From Clostridia bacterium (GTDB lineage Bacteria > Bacillota > Clostridia > Christensenellales > UBA1242): 64,000 nucleotides of DNA. A program made the translations under genes and the position numbers. How positions within the stretch are numbered: position 1 is the stretch's first letter; the number at the start of each line of letters is the position of its first letter. The notes under the pieces are model-generated. The model had not been told where the DNA came from and did not search any database. It saw only the letters and a list, made by a program, of their open reading frames with translations. Location: contig JAFVEA010000009.1 in NCBI GenBank assembly GCA_017478185.1, positions 133,264 to 197,263 on the forward strand. The letters run 5' to 3'. Of the stretch, positions 44,490-55,000 are shown in pieces.

Positions 44490-46799
44490 ATGAACAATAT
44501 TGAATTATTGGCTCCAGCAGGGAGCCCGAGCGCTTTAAAAGTGGCAATAGCAAATGGTTGTGATGCGGTTTATTTGGGGCTTCAAGATTTTAATGCACGC
44601 ATTTCAGCAGATAATTTTAACACAGAAAACATAAGAGAATATGTTAAATATGCTCATAGCTTTGGTGTTAAAGTTTTTTTAACTGTTAACACACTTATTT
44701 CAAATGAAGAGATGCCAAAGTTTTTAGAAATGGTTAAAATTGCTGTTGAAGCAAAAGTTGATGCCTATCTGGTTCAAGATTTTGGAGTTGCTCTTGTTTT
44801 GAAAAGCTGTTTTAAAGATATTTGTTTGCACGCAAGCACGCAACTTGGAGTTCATAACCTTTATGGGGCAAAAGTGGCTGAAAAAATTGGGTTTAAAAGA
44901 GTTGTTTTGTCAAGAGAGGCAAAACTTAAAGATATAAAAGAAATAAAGCAAAACACAAATTTAGAAATTGAATATTTTGTTCAAGGGGCATTGTGTATTG
45001 CTTTTAGTGGAAACTGCTATTTTAGTGGAATGATGCAAGGCGATAGTGGAAACAGAGGCAGATGCAAGCAATATTGCAGAATGAAATATAAAACAAATTA
45101 TAGTGATGAAGAAAAATTTATGCTGTCATCCAGAGATTTATGTTTGTTAAAAAATTTAAAAACTTTGATTGATGCGGGAGTGACAAGTTTTAAAATTGAA
45201 GGAAGATTGAGGCGTGATGGTTATGTGGCTCAAGCGGTTAAAAGTTATAGAAAAGCGCTTGATGGTTTAAATGATAACTTTGATTTTGAAAAAGAAGAAC
45301 AAAAACTAAAAAAAGTTTTTTCTCGTGGGGATTTTTTAAATTCCGCTTATTTAGAACAAGGAGTTCCAGATAATGTTGTTAACAAAGATGTTCAAAATCA
45401 CACAGGAGTTAATATTGGAACAGTTTTAAAGACTGAAAAATTTAAAGATTTGTTTAGAGTGTTAATAAAAAGTGATTATGAAATAAAAAAAGGTGATGGG
45501 CTAAAGTTTTTTGATAACAATCAAGAAGTTGCAAGCATTGGAGTTGGAAATGCTGAAAAATTGGAAGACAAAAAATATTATATTTTCACCAAAAGAAATT
45601 TAAAGCCAAACTTAAGTGTTAATTTGATTTTAGACAGCAATATGGAGAAAAAAGCACAAGAAAGTGTTAAAAAAATAGCTTTTTCTGCCAAAATTTTTGC
45701 AAACGCACAAAAATCTTTAAGATGTGAAATGAGTTTTAAAGACAAAATTATTAAATATGATTCTGATTTTATTTTAGAAAAAGCCATAAAAACTCCAACA
45801 ACAAAAGATGAAATAATTTTGCAGTTTTCAAAACTTGGAGACACTGATTTTTGTTTAGAAAATATTGAAGTTGAAACAGATAATGTGTTTATCCCAAAAA
45901 GCAAGCTTAATGAGTTTAGAAGAAATGCAGTTCAAAAACTTTTGGATGAAATTATAAAATTTAATGAACAAGGAATAAAAGCAAAAGTTAACAAAGAGCA
46001 ATTAAACAATTATAAAAGCTTGTTAAATAAAAATGTTGAAAACCAAAAATACAACAGAATTTTTGTTTTGAATGAACAAAATTTTGAAAATTTTGATTTT
46101 GCACAAAAAGATGATTTAATTATTTTTTCTCCGCAAAGCTATTCCCTAGAAAGTGTTAAGAATTTTTGTGAAAAATTTAAAGGGTTTATGCTTGGCATAA
46201 ATTTGCCAATTATTGCAAATGGTGATGATTTAAAAATTTTAGACAAAATTTTAGAAAACAAAGATTTTTTTGTTGTTGCAAACAATATTTATGGATTAAA
46301 ATACGCAAAAACCCACAAAGTTATAGCTGGAATTGGTCTTAATGTTTTTAACAATTTTTCAATTTCTCATTTAAATGCTTTGGGAGTTTGTGATTTTGTT
46401 GTTTCAATCGAACAGCAAAAAGACAAAATAGAAAACATAGAAAATTGTTTTGTTTATAGCTTTGGTTATGTTCCTTTAATGACTTTTGCTCATTGCCCAA
46501 ACAAAACAACTTTTGGCGGAAATTGCAAAAATTGTGTGTATAAAAATGATTTAAAATATATTGATGTTCACGGCAAAGAATTTAAACTTAGAAGATATGT
46601 TTTAAGCCAATGCTATTTTGAACTTTTAAGCTGTTATAACATAAACAATTTGTTTTCTGTTTCAGCTAAAAAATATATTGATGTTAGAAATTTTTCACTT
46701 GAGCAATTAAAAACACTAAAAAAAGGCCTAATAGAAGAAAGAGTTTTCACAGCAACAAATAGTGATATTTTTGGAAAAATAAACAATTCTGTGAAATAA
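44490..46799 (+). CDS. Peptidase U32 family protein (long form, 769 aa)
   Basis: IELLAPAGSPSALKVAIANGCDAVYLG, VVLSREAKL and SFKIEGRLR are present. The last 7 codons lie inside a 47-bp repeat. Confidence 0.88.
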   Translation: MNNIELLAPAGSPSALKVAIANGCDAVYLGLQDFNARISADNFNTENIREYVKYAHSFGVKVFLTVNTLISNEEMPKFLEMVKIAVEAKVDAYLVQDFGVALVLKSCFKDICLHASTQLGVHNLYGAKVAEKIGFKRVVLSREAKLKDIKEIKQNTNLEIEYFVQGALCIAFSGNCYFSGMMQGDSGNRGRCKQYCRMKYKTNYSDEEKFMLSSRDLCLLKNLKTLIDAGVTSFKIEGRLRRDGYVAQAVKSYRKALDGLNDNFDFEKEEQKLKKVFSRGDFLNSAYLEQGVPDNVVNKDVQNHTGVNIGTVLKTEKFKDLFRVLIKSDYEIKKGDGLKFFDNNQEVASIGVGNAEKLEDKKYYIFTKRNLKPNLSVNLILDSNMEKKAQESVKKIAFSAKIFANAQKSLRCEMSFKDKIIKYDSDFILEKAIKTPTTKDEIILQFSKLGDTDFCLENIEVETDNVFIPKSKLNEFRRNAVQKLLDEIIKFNEQGIKAKVNKEQLNNYKSLLNKNVENQKYNRIFVLNEQNFENFDFAQKDDLIIFSPQSYSLESVKNFCEKFKGFMLGINLPIIANGDDLKILDKILENKDFFVVANNIYGLKYAKTHKVIAGIGLNVFNNFSISHLNALGVCDFVVSIEQQKDKIENIENCFVYSFGYVPLMTFAHCPNKTTFGGNCKNCVYKNDLKYIDVHGKEFKLRRYVLSQCYFELLSCYNINNLFSVSAKKYIDVRNFSLEQLKTLKKGLIEERVFTATNSDIFGKINNSVK

Positions 46800-46820
46800 T
46801 ATTAAAAACACGCAAAAAGT
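46774..46820 (+). repeat. 47-bp perfect direct repeat, copy 1 (partner at 49693-49739)
   Basis: gaaaaataaacaattctgtgaaataatattaaaaacacgcaaaaagt is identical at both sites. It spans the last 7 codons (KINNSVK), the stop and 21 nt of 3' flank. Confidence 0.95.
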
Positions 46821-46857
46821 AGCGCTAGGTCGTTAAGTTATTTAAATCATCAAAACA

Positions 46858-46890
46858 AAAAAGAATCTAGTTTTAATCTAGATTCTTTTT
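46858..46890. terminator. Bidirectional rho-independent terminator
   Basis: 13-bp perfect stem aaaaagaatctag / ctagattcttttt with a 7-nt loop. Confidence 0.8.
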
Positions 46891-46927
46891 GCCCTATAAG
46901 TTTATAAATAATTTTTTAAAACTTATT

Positions 46928-47545
46928 TTAGTTGTTAGTAACAACAACATCATCTTTAGTAACTGATGAGATTAATGATTTCTGAATATCGTTTAATGAT
47001 GAGTCTGTTTTAGTTTCTGTTGTAATTGTTGAACCATTTAAAGTGATTATTCTATAAGTTGATGTTGAGTCTGTGTGGAAATAACTTACCTCAATTTTAC
47101 CAACTTTTTTTGTTGAGAAATTAAATTCAATAAATGTTTTAAAAGTGTAAGCTGGATAATCTTTTTGCCCTGCAATTATTTGCACGCCGTTGTTTTTCTT
47201 CATAACTTGGGCAACACTTAAACCAGAACCATTGTCCACAACAAACTTGTGGTCAGAATTTTTTGAAATTGCTTCAAAAATTTTGTCAAGATTTTCTTCA
47301 GATAGCTCACTAAAAGAACTGATATTAGCTATAATGTATTTAAGTTGATCAAAATCATCCTTATCACCTGCTGAAATTTTTTCTTCTTGGCTAGCAATGT
47401 GCGCATTTACGTTGTCACACATAGTTAAAAACTCACTTTTTGTAATTGGATTGTTATCACCACACGCAGAAAACAAAAAAACAAAGCAAGCAGCGAAAGC
47501 AATCAACAAAGCTGAGAAACTAAATTTTTTAACATATTTTTCCAT
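46928..47545 (-). CDS. Lipoprotein, hypothetical (205 aa)
   Basis: Signal peptide with lipobox ...FLFSAC|GDN. RBS GGGGGAGG. Confidence 0.8.
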   Translation of the reverse strand: MEKYVKKFSFSALLIAFAACFVFLFSACGDNNPITKSEFLTMCDNVNAHIASQEEKISAGDKDDFDQLKYIIANISSFSELSEENLDKIFEAISKNSDHKFVVDNGSGLSVAQVMKKNNGVQIIAGQKDYPAYTFKTFIEFNFSTKKVGKIEVSYFHTDSTSTYRIITLNGSTITTETKTDSSLNDIQKSLISSVTKDDVVVTNN

Positions 47546-47648
47546 TTTTTCCTCCCCCTTGCACTTAATTTTAAAGCGCTATAAAAATTATATATATATA
47601 TATATTGTCAAGTGTTTTTAAAAGTTTTTAAAAATTATTAAACAAAAG

Positions 47649-47677
47649 TTGCTTTTATGAGTTTTTAATGGTATTCT
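47649..47677 (+). promoter_or_regulatory. Promoter of the GT8-GT4 operon (TTGCTT-17-TATTCT, extended -10)
   Basis: It shares aaagttgcttttat...tg.tattct with the promoter at 49947-49975. Confidence 0.45.
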
Positions 47678-47710
47678 ATATATGTTATACTTTAGTTGGG
47701 AGAAAATCTA

Positions 47711-48532
47711 ATGATAAACATATATTATTGTGTAGATAAAAAATTATTGGGTCAGCAAATCTTGTCATTACTATCTTTGGTTAAATATTGCAAAGAACCT
47801 TTAAATGTCATAAATTTAACAGTTGAAATTCCAGAATTTAACAAAAAAGGGAAAAAATTTACAGAAAAAGAAGATAAACTTTGCGAAGATATTCTAAAAA
47901 GAGGGAATGAGAAAAGCACTTATAAGTCTATTGATGTTTCAAATCTTTTTAAACAAAAATTGCTTAAAGGGCCAAATGTTCATAACAAATTTTATAGCTA
48001 TTATGTAACTGTTAGATTGCTTGCTCATCTTATTCCAGAAATACCAGATAAAGTTATATATTTGGATGCCGACACTATAATAAATGGAAATATCAAAGAG
48101 CTTTTTGATATTGATATGGAAGGTTTTGAGATTGCAGGCAGAAAAGATGCATGGAGAATAACAAATTATTTTCAAACTGGTGTTATGCTTATGAATATGA
48201 AAGAGATAAGAAAATCTGGGCTTTTAGAAAAGGCTTGCAACCTTTGTGCAACCAAAAAATATATTTGCTATATTGATATGGGTGCATTAAACGATTTATG
48301 TCAAAAAAGAAAGATTATTTCAAAAAAATATAATTCTTATAAGTATGACAAAAATTGCATAGTTCACCATGTTTGCGCAACAAGAGAATCAAAAATTCCA
48401 TTCACAAAAAAGTGGTGGCATCGAATAAAAACTGATGAATTAGATTTGATGAGAAAATTCCATCCAGAATATGAAGAGTTTTATAGTGAGTATGAAAAAA
48501 TAAAAAAGGAAAATAAAGAAATTTTTGGGTAA
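47711..48532 (+). CDS. Glycosyltransferase family 8
   Basis: NIYYCVDKK... and the DxD motif in VIYLDADTIINGNIKELF. ATG 47711 lies 7 nt after GGGAGA; the track's TTG 47696 overlaps the RBS. Confidence 0.82.
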   Translation: MINIYYCVDKKLLGQQILSLLSLVKYCKEPLNVINLTVEIPEFNKKGKKFTEKEDKLCEDILKRGNEKSTYKSIDVSNLFKQKLLKGPNVHNKFYSYYVTVRLLAHLIPEIPDKVIYLDADTIINGNIKELFDIDMEGFEIAGRKDAWRITNYFQTGVMLMNMKEIRKSGLLEKACNLCATKKYICYIDMGALNDLCQKRKIISKKYNSYKYDKNCIVHHVCATRESKIPFTKKWWHRIKTDELDLMRKFHPEYEEFYSEYEKIKKENKEIFG

Positions 48533-48536
48533 AATT

Positions 48537-49718
48537 ATGAGTGAAAAATTAAAAATATGTGAAGCAATGGATGTTTATCTTCCTGATGTTGATGGTGTTA
48601 TTAATTGTATGCATAATTATTGTTTAAATTTATATAAAACAACAGACTTAACAGTGATGGTTCCAAAAAACAAGAAGGGATATGTTGACAATTTGCCTTA
48701 CAGCATAACACGCTGTAAAAGTATGTTTATTCCAATTTTAAATGACTATTATGGGCTACCAAAACTAGACAGAAAATTTAAAAAAGAAATTATGTCAAAA
48801 GATTTTGATATTATTCATGTTCATTCACCTTTTAATATGGCAAAATTTGCTTTAAAAGTTGCAAAGAAAAAAAACATTCCAGCAGTTGCAACATTTCATT
48901 CAAATATGAGAATTATTTTTAGAAGTGTTGTAAAAATAAAGTGGGTTGCAGAGCTTATGATAAAAAGAATGGGCAAGCTTTACAACAAGTTTGATGAGGT
49001 TTTTGTGTGTTCTCCACTTGTTGAAGAGCAACTGCGTTCGTATGGTTATACAGGAAAAGTTAGTTACTTGCCTTTTGGAACAGATTTTAAAAAGTGTGAA
49101 AATGTTGAGGAATTGGCGCAAAAAGCAAATGAAAAATTTGGATTAAAAAAACAAGAAAATGTTTTTATTTATGTTGGGCGAGTGATGAAACTTAAAAGAA
49201 TAGATTTTATTTTAGATAGTTTAAAAATTCTAAAAGAAAAAGGGAAGGTTTTTAAGTTTTTTATAATAGGAAAAGGTTCTGAACTCAAAAAACTTCAAAA
49301 ATATTCAAAAAAATTAGGTTTTACAAATGAAGAAGTTATTTTTACAGGCTTTTTGCCTCGAGAAGATTTTCCACTTCTTCTTGCGAGAGCGGATTTGTTG
49401 TTGTTTCCATCAATTTACGATAATTTTGGGCTTGTTAAAGTGGAATCTGCATCATATAAAACAGCGGGAGTATTTATAAAAAACACTTGCTCAGGTTATG
49501 GAATTGTTGATGGAGTTAATGGTTTTTTGAGTGAAAACACACCTTTTGATTTTGCTCAAAAAATTGAAGTTGCAATAAGTGATAAGAAAAAACTTAAACA
49601 AATAGGTGAAAATGCATTAAGAGATTTATACATAAATTGGGCAGAATGCTCTGATGCCTTAAAAGATAAATTAACTGAAATTGTTAAAAACAGAAAAATA
49701 AACAATTCTGTGAAATAA
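48537..49718 (+). CDS. Glycosyltransferase family 4 (GT-B, group 1)
   Basis: GRVMKLKRIDFIL and FPSIYDNFGLVKVESAS (E-x7-E type) are present. The last 7 codons are identical to the end of the U32 gene. Confidence 0.82.
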   Translation: MSEKLKICEAMDVYLPDVDGVINCMHNYCLNLYKTTDLTVMVPKNKKGYVDNLPYSITRCKSMFIPILNDYYGLPKLDRKFKKEIMSKDFDIIHVHSPFNMAKFALKVAKKKNIPAVATFHSNMRIIFRSVVKIKWVAELMIKRMGKLYNKFDEVFVCSPLVEEQLRSYGYTGKVSYLPFGTDFKKCENVEELAQKANEKFGLKKQENVFIYVGRVMKLKRIDFILDSLKILKEKGKVFKFFIIGKGSELKKLQKYSKKLGFTNEEVIFTGFLPREDFPLLLARADLLLFPSIYDNFGLVKVESASYKTAGVFIKNTCSGYGIVDGVNGFLSENTPFDFAQKIEVAISDKKKLKQIGENALRDLYINWAECSDALKDKLTEIVKNRKINNSVK

Positions 49719-49739
49719 TATTAAAAACACGCAAAAAGT
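49693..49739 (+). repeat. 47-bp perfect direct repeat, copy 2
   Basis: Identical to 46774-46820. Confidence 0.95.
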
Positions 49740-49887
49740 TATCCACTTTTGCACATTTTGTGTTATTTTTTATAAATTTAATCAAAAAACGGAGCAAAAA
49801 AGCAACATAAATGCTAGTTTCTTTTGAAATTAATATAAATTTAAAGACAAAATCCAAAAATTGAGCTTGTTTAAAAACGAGCCAGAA

Positions 49888-49930
49888 AGAATATATTGAA
49901 ATTTTGCAATCAATATGTTCTTTTTATTTT
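49888..49930 (+). terminator. Rho-independent terminator of the GT operon
   Basis: agaatatattga-loop-tcaatatgttct (one G-U pair) followed by tttttatttt. Confidence 0.65.
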
Positions 49931-49946
49931 ACTTCTAAAAATAAAG

Positions 49947-49975
49947 TTGCTTTTATTTTTTTGAAATGATATTCT
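49947..49975 (+). promoter_or_regulatory. Promoter of the 49999-51805 operon (TTGCTT-17-TATTCT, extended -10)
   Basis: It has the same -35 and -10 hexamers as 47649-47677. The track start 49966 lies inside it. Confidence 0.45.
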
Positions 49976-49998
49976 TTAATTATCTTAAGGAGAAATTT

Positions 49999-50511
49999 AT
50001 GGCAAAACAAACAAAAACGGTTTCAACCAAAAAAACAGTTAGGGCAAGTTCTTCAGCATCAAAAAAGAAGACGGCAATGGTGGCGGTGGGGACAGCTGCA
50101 GCAATGGGGGCAATGAGCAAAAAAGTTACAGCAAAAGCAATAATTATTGCTATTGCCGCTCTAATTTTAATGGGCGCTATTGGCTTTTGTGTTTGCTTTT
50201 TTGCAGGCAAAAATGACTATTTTGAAATTAATGGAAATGATGAACTAACATTTCAAATTGGCGAAAGTTATCACGATGAAGGGGTTAGCATAAAAGAATT
50301 TGGCTTAAATATGAGTGGTTTAGCAAGCGTTAAAACCAACTTAAAAAAGAATGAACAAGGCGATTATTATGCAGACGAAATAGGAACATATTATATTGCC
50401 TACACCGCAAAAACAATAAAAATGGGATGGGTTTACAACATACAAAAAGTTAGGCTCATAACTTTTGTTGAAGCGGGCGACAGTGACGAAATAACAGAGG
50501 AGGAAGAATAA
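49999..50511 (+). CDS. Membrane-anchored protein with a bacterial Ig-like (DUF5011-like) ectodomain
   Basis: ATG 49999 lies 6 nt after AAGGAG. A basic N-terminus and a TM segment (AIIIAIAALILMGAIGFCVCFFA) are followed by FEINGNDELTFQIGESYHDEGVSI...IGTYYIAYTA. Confidence 0.7.
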   Translation: MAKQTKTVSTKKTVRASSSASKKKTAMVAVGTAAAMGAMSKKVTAKAIIIAIAALILMGAIGFCVCFFAGKNDYFEINGNDELTFQIGESYHDEGVSIKEFGLNMSGLASVKTNLKKNEQGDYYADEIGTYYIAYTAKTIKMGWVYNIQKVRLITFVEAGDSDEITEEEE

Positions 50512-50512
50512 T

Positions 50513-51805
50513 ATGGCAAAAAAACAGAAAAAATCAAAAGTTTTAAGTGTTATTTTTGTTGCTTTTGCGGCAATAATTGGTTTTGTTGCAGGACTCATTA
50601 TTCCTCTTTATGCAATGGAAAAAACTTTTACCCAAAATATACCAACAGACAATTTAATGACTCACACTGAAACATTTTACACAAAAGATGCTCACACCTC
50701 TGAAGTGGCTCACGGAGATATAAACCTTGAAGAAACAGAGCTTTCTGTTCACTTTATTGAACTTGGCAACAAATACACTGGAGATTGCACTTTAATAAAA
50801 GTGGGCAAAACTACTGAAGTTTTGATTGATTGTGGTTCAAGAACAGATAGCATTGGGGCAGTATCAAGCTATATAAACCAGTTTTGCACTGACGGCATTT
50901 TAGAGTATGTTATTGTAACCCACGCTCATCAAGACCACTATGCTGGTTTTGCAACACCAAAAAATGTTGATTCAATTTTTGACCTTTACAACATTGAAAC
51001 AATCATAACCTTTGCCAAAACAAACCAAAAAGAAACCTCAACAATGTATAAAAACTTTTGTAATGAACTTGATGATGTTCAAAAAAGAGAATGGCAAAAA
51101 GACGAAGAAACAAAAAAAGCTCAGGTTTTCACAGCTCTTGAGTGTTATAATGAAACAAAAACTGGCGCAAAAAGAACTTATGATTTAAGTGATGATACAA
51201 AGTTGGAAATTTTATATCAACAATATTATGAAGAAAAAGCTGGCACAGAAAATGATTATTCAGTTTGCTGTATGATAACAAGTGGAACTCACAACTTTTT
51301 GTTCACAGGTGATTTAGAATCTGGCGGGGAATCTTCTTTGGTTGATAAATATAGAGAAGATAAAGGAATGAATGAAACTGATTATATTTCTGTTGACCTC
51401 TACAAAGCTGGCCACCACGGAAGTAAAACAAGTTCTTCGCAAGCATTGTTAGAACTCTTTAAGCCACAAATTGTTTGTGTTTGTTGTTGTGCAGGTAGCC
51501 CAGAATACACAACAAAAAATGAAAATCAATTTCCAACACAAAAATTTATAGATAATATTGCTAAATATGCGGGGATTACTGAAAACACAGGAACAGACCA
51601 AGTTTTTGTAACCACACTTTGCATAGATTATAAAAACGATGAGTTTACAAGCTTTAACGGAAACATAATCGTTGCTCTAAAAAAGGATGAGTTTATAGTG
51701 GATGATGTTGCTGTTGTTGTTTCTTGTTCAAACAATAACACAATATTAAAAGAAACTGATTGGTTCAAACAAAACAGAAATTGTCCAGATGCGTGGGCAA
51801 CATAA
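50513..51805 (+). CDS. Membrane-anchored ComEC-type metallo-beta-lactamase-fold hydrolase (standalone domain)
   Basis: N-terminal TM, then HFIELGNKYTGDCTLIK, VIVTHAHQDHYAG (HxHxDH), FTGDLE and YKAGHHGSKTSS. Confidence 0.8.
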   Translation: MAKKQKKSKVLSVIFVAFAAIIGFVAGLIIPLYAMEKTFTQNIPTDNLMTHTETFYTKDAHTSEVAHGDINLEETELSVHFIELGNKYTGDCTLIKVGKTTEVLIDCGSRTDSIGAVSSYINQFCTDGILEYVIVTHAHQDHYAGFATPKNVDSIFDLYNIETIITFAKTNQKETSTMYKNFCNELDDVQKREWQKDEETKKAQVFTALECYNETKTGAKRTYDLSDDTKLEILYQQYYEEKAGTENDYSVCCMITSGTHNFLFTGDLESGGESSLVDKYREDKGMNETDYISVDLYKAGHHGSKTSSSQALLELFKPQIVCVCCCAGSPEYTTKNENQFPTQKFIDNIAKYAGITENTGTDQVFVTTLCIDYKNDEFTSFNGNIIVALKKDEFIVDDVAVVVSCSNNNTILKETDWFKQNRNCPDAWAT

Positions 51806-51917
51806 AAAGCTTTTTAAGTTTTTCAAACCTAAAATAGTTTTATCATTTGCAATAAAAGATAGTTTTGTTATAGAAAAAGCTCAAACAAAGCGTGGCAATC
51901 TCAATTGTTTGACGTTT

Positions 51918-51945
51918 AAAACCTCTTTTTTAAGAGGTTTTTTTG
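51918..51945 (+). terminator. Rho-independent terminator
   Basis: aaaacctctt-tttt-aagaggtttt followed by a T-run. Confidence 0.8.
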
Positions 51946-52058
51946 TTAGCTTTTAAAACAGTTTTTTCATAATAAAAAAACTTTTGCGCACCATAAACAA
52001 AGAGCGAGATTTTAGTGGACTTTTTGTTTTTGTTTTAATATAATAAAATTATAGATTA

Positions 52059-52065
52059 GGGGGGG
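52059..52065 (+). repeat. G7 homopolymer within the Shine-Dalgarno region of the giant lipoprotein gene
   Basis: attaGGGGGGGtaagtATG. This is the longest G/C homopolymer I noticed in the window. Confidence 0.9.
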
Positions 52066-52070
52066 TAAGT

Positions 52071-55000
52071 ATGCAGTCAATAAAAAAATGTTTATCATCA
52101 TTGGCGCTAATTTTGCTATCATTTGCAACAATCTTTTTGTTTAGCGCTTGTGGGAGTGGAGAAAAAACTTTAAAAGGCTTAACAGCAACCAATAGCAGTG
52201 CCACCATAACTTATGGTGAAACTGTTAATGAAGAAATTTTTGGATTAAAACTTCGTTATTCAGATGGCTCTGAAGAAGATTTTAATATCGAAAATTTAAC
52301 ACAAGAAGATTTACAAAAATTTTCTTATTCCATAAAAAAGATGCGAGAAGTTCCATATGGACAGCCAGTTTATGAAGATTATGAAGAAGAGCGATATTAT
52401 AGCGTTGGGCAGTATGAAATAACCATTGTTTATGACGACTTTAGCGTTACGGTGTATTTACATGTTAACCAAAACGAGCAAGATCACGACCCAGCAACAG
52501 TTAGTTTGTTAGGTGGCTCAACAATGATTTATTCAGGAAATAAATATGAGCCAAAGTTAACTTATGATAACAAATTGTTCGGTGGTGAATATGACGGTGA
52601 TGCAAAAGGCACTGATTTAATATCTTATAGATTTTTATATGCTGAAGAAGATAGTGAAAACGAGTATTGGAGCTGGAATGAATACGGTTATGAAATAGGC
52701 TCCACATGGGAAGATGATGCGGGCTCATATAAACTTGTGGCAGAACTAACAACCAAAAACCACGGCACATTTTATACTAGGGCCACAAATTTCACTGTTA
52801 ACAAAGCCCAATTAACAGCATCTGACTGGGGTTTATATAAATATGTTGGAACAACAGACACAGAAATAAACTGGAACAAAACTTATTATTTAAGTGATGG
52901 AACACCAGTTGATATCTATTATAACGACGGAAGTAGTTATGTAAAAACAACACAAGCAGTAACTAATATTTCAACTTATTATGCAAAAGATGGCAATGAT
53001 TATTATGAAATAAAAGCACCAGCATATGGCGGTAGTATTTGTGTTGTTATATCAGAATATGAAGGTGGTATGTCATCTCGGAGTTTATATGAAAAATATG
53101 ATTATGCTCAATTATCTTTTAATGAAAAAATTGAATTAAACACATTTGAATATTCATTTGATAAACCAAAACTAAGCGATTATTTATGTTATGCTTGTGA
53201 CAATCTTTATATAGTAAACACAACCCAAATTGATGAAAACACTAATTTGTATGAGTCAGGTGCGGCTTATCAAATATCAAACACAAATGAACAGCAATTT
53301 GAGTTCATTAGCGTTTCTTCAACTGGTTTAAATGATTTAACAATAAATAGTGATGTTATTGCTCAGAATGGTGATTATAATTATCGTGATTACACAATTG
53401 GATTTAAATTTACTTTAAATGAAAAAAATTATAAACCTATTCAAAAATCATTTACAATAAGAATTAAAAAGCAAGAAGTTGAAGTTTCATCACTAACGCA
53501 AGGCATACAGCTTGAATATGATGGAACAGCAAAAACACCTAATGAAATTTTATCTTCATTTAAGCTTTTACCAACAACTGATGGCAAAGTGTTTGAAGAA
53601 GTTAATGGCAATTATGAACTTGTGTATGATTACAATGGAAAAGCATACATCAAACAATCAGATAAAGAACTTGAACTTGGCAAAACTTATTATCAACAAA
53701 AAAACAATGAATATATTGAAGCAACTTTAGGATTCTTTGGCTATGAATTTTATTCTGTTTGGGATCAAGAAACTCAAACTTCAACCGAATATTTAACAAA
53801 AATATATAGCATAACAAACTCTATAGGAACAGATGCAGACACATATAATGTTTTAGCAAAACTTTTAAAATCAGATTATGTTTCAAACAGAGTTATTTTA
53901 AAGAAGCTGGTTCCAACAGTATATTCTGTTGTTGATGAAAATCATCACAATGAAGGCAATTATTTTATACGTTCAGGTAGTTATTATGATGATATAACCG
54001 CTGATATTTCATATAATGAAGGCGAAGGTGATCAAACAACAACTATCTTTAAATATTATGTTTATGAAAAAATTGATGAAACAACATACGAAAAAACATC
54101 AGATGATGAAATAAATTGGAATAAAACTTATTATCTATATGAGGGAAGTGAATATGTTGAAGCAGTTTTCTACTATATTTCAACACCAGAACATTATGTG
54201 ACCGACTCATCATTTAATCTTGGAAGCTGGAAGATAACACCAAAAGCATATCACTTAACCTATGATATTAAAGTAAATGGCAACCCAATTGAAGATTATA
54301 ATGATAATGGTGGCAATTTTGTGTTAACTTATGATAAAACTTACACATTTTCAGTCGAAAACTTAAAAGCTTATTTCACAACAACCGACACAGAAATTGA
54401 CTTTAACAAAACTTATTATCTCTATGATGGCACAGCGGTTAATATTTACTATTATAATGGCAATGGCTTTGTTGAAACAAAACAACCAATAGAAGGCATT
54501 TCAACTTATTATGCAGAAGTTGATAATGTGTCTTATAAAAAAATAAAACAACTTGACAACCACACAGATAATTATATTCACATTGACTTAGGAAGCGGTT
54601 CATCAATGACATTATATGAATGTGACACAACCGTTTCATTGGGTGACACCTTAACTTTAACAGCATTAAATAATAATGATGAAAAGATAACAACAGGCAT
54701 AACCATAAATGAAGCAACAATCAAAATAACAGACACAAGCTTAACTTATTTTAAACTTAAATTAGAATTTAACCTTAACAGCACAAATTATGCAGGGGGA
54801 AATTATTTAACTTCTGCAACATTAAAGCCAACAGCTGTTGCAACACAAGCCACAATAGAAATAAGAAGTAACACAGGAAATTACAACGCAAATTATGGTG
54901 GATATGTTCAAACAATCGATAATATGTATTATATATTTAAAAATAGTGAATACACTTTGTTAACATCAGCAAACATTCAAACACTTTTGTATGAAAAGAA

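Noticed and set aside
46821-49692. Calling the 2.9-kb block a mobile element
   Set aside because: No integrase, transposase or terminal inverted repeats are present. Only the flanking direct repeats support insertion, so it is reported as a finding and not annotated as a mobile element.
49740-49930. Orphan sRNA between the second 47-bp repeat and the hairpin at 49888-49930
   Set aside because: The hairpin is most simply the terminator of the GT8-GT4 operon. The only ORF (17 codons from ATG 49807) has no properly spaced RBS, and no promoter was found.
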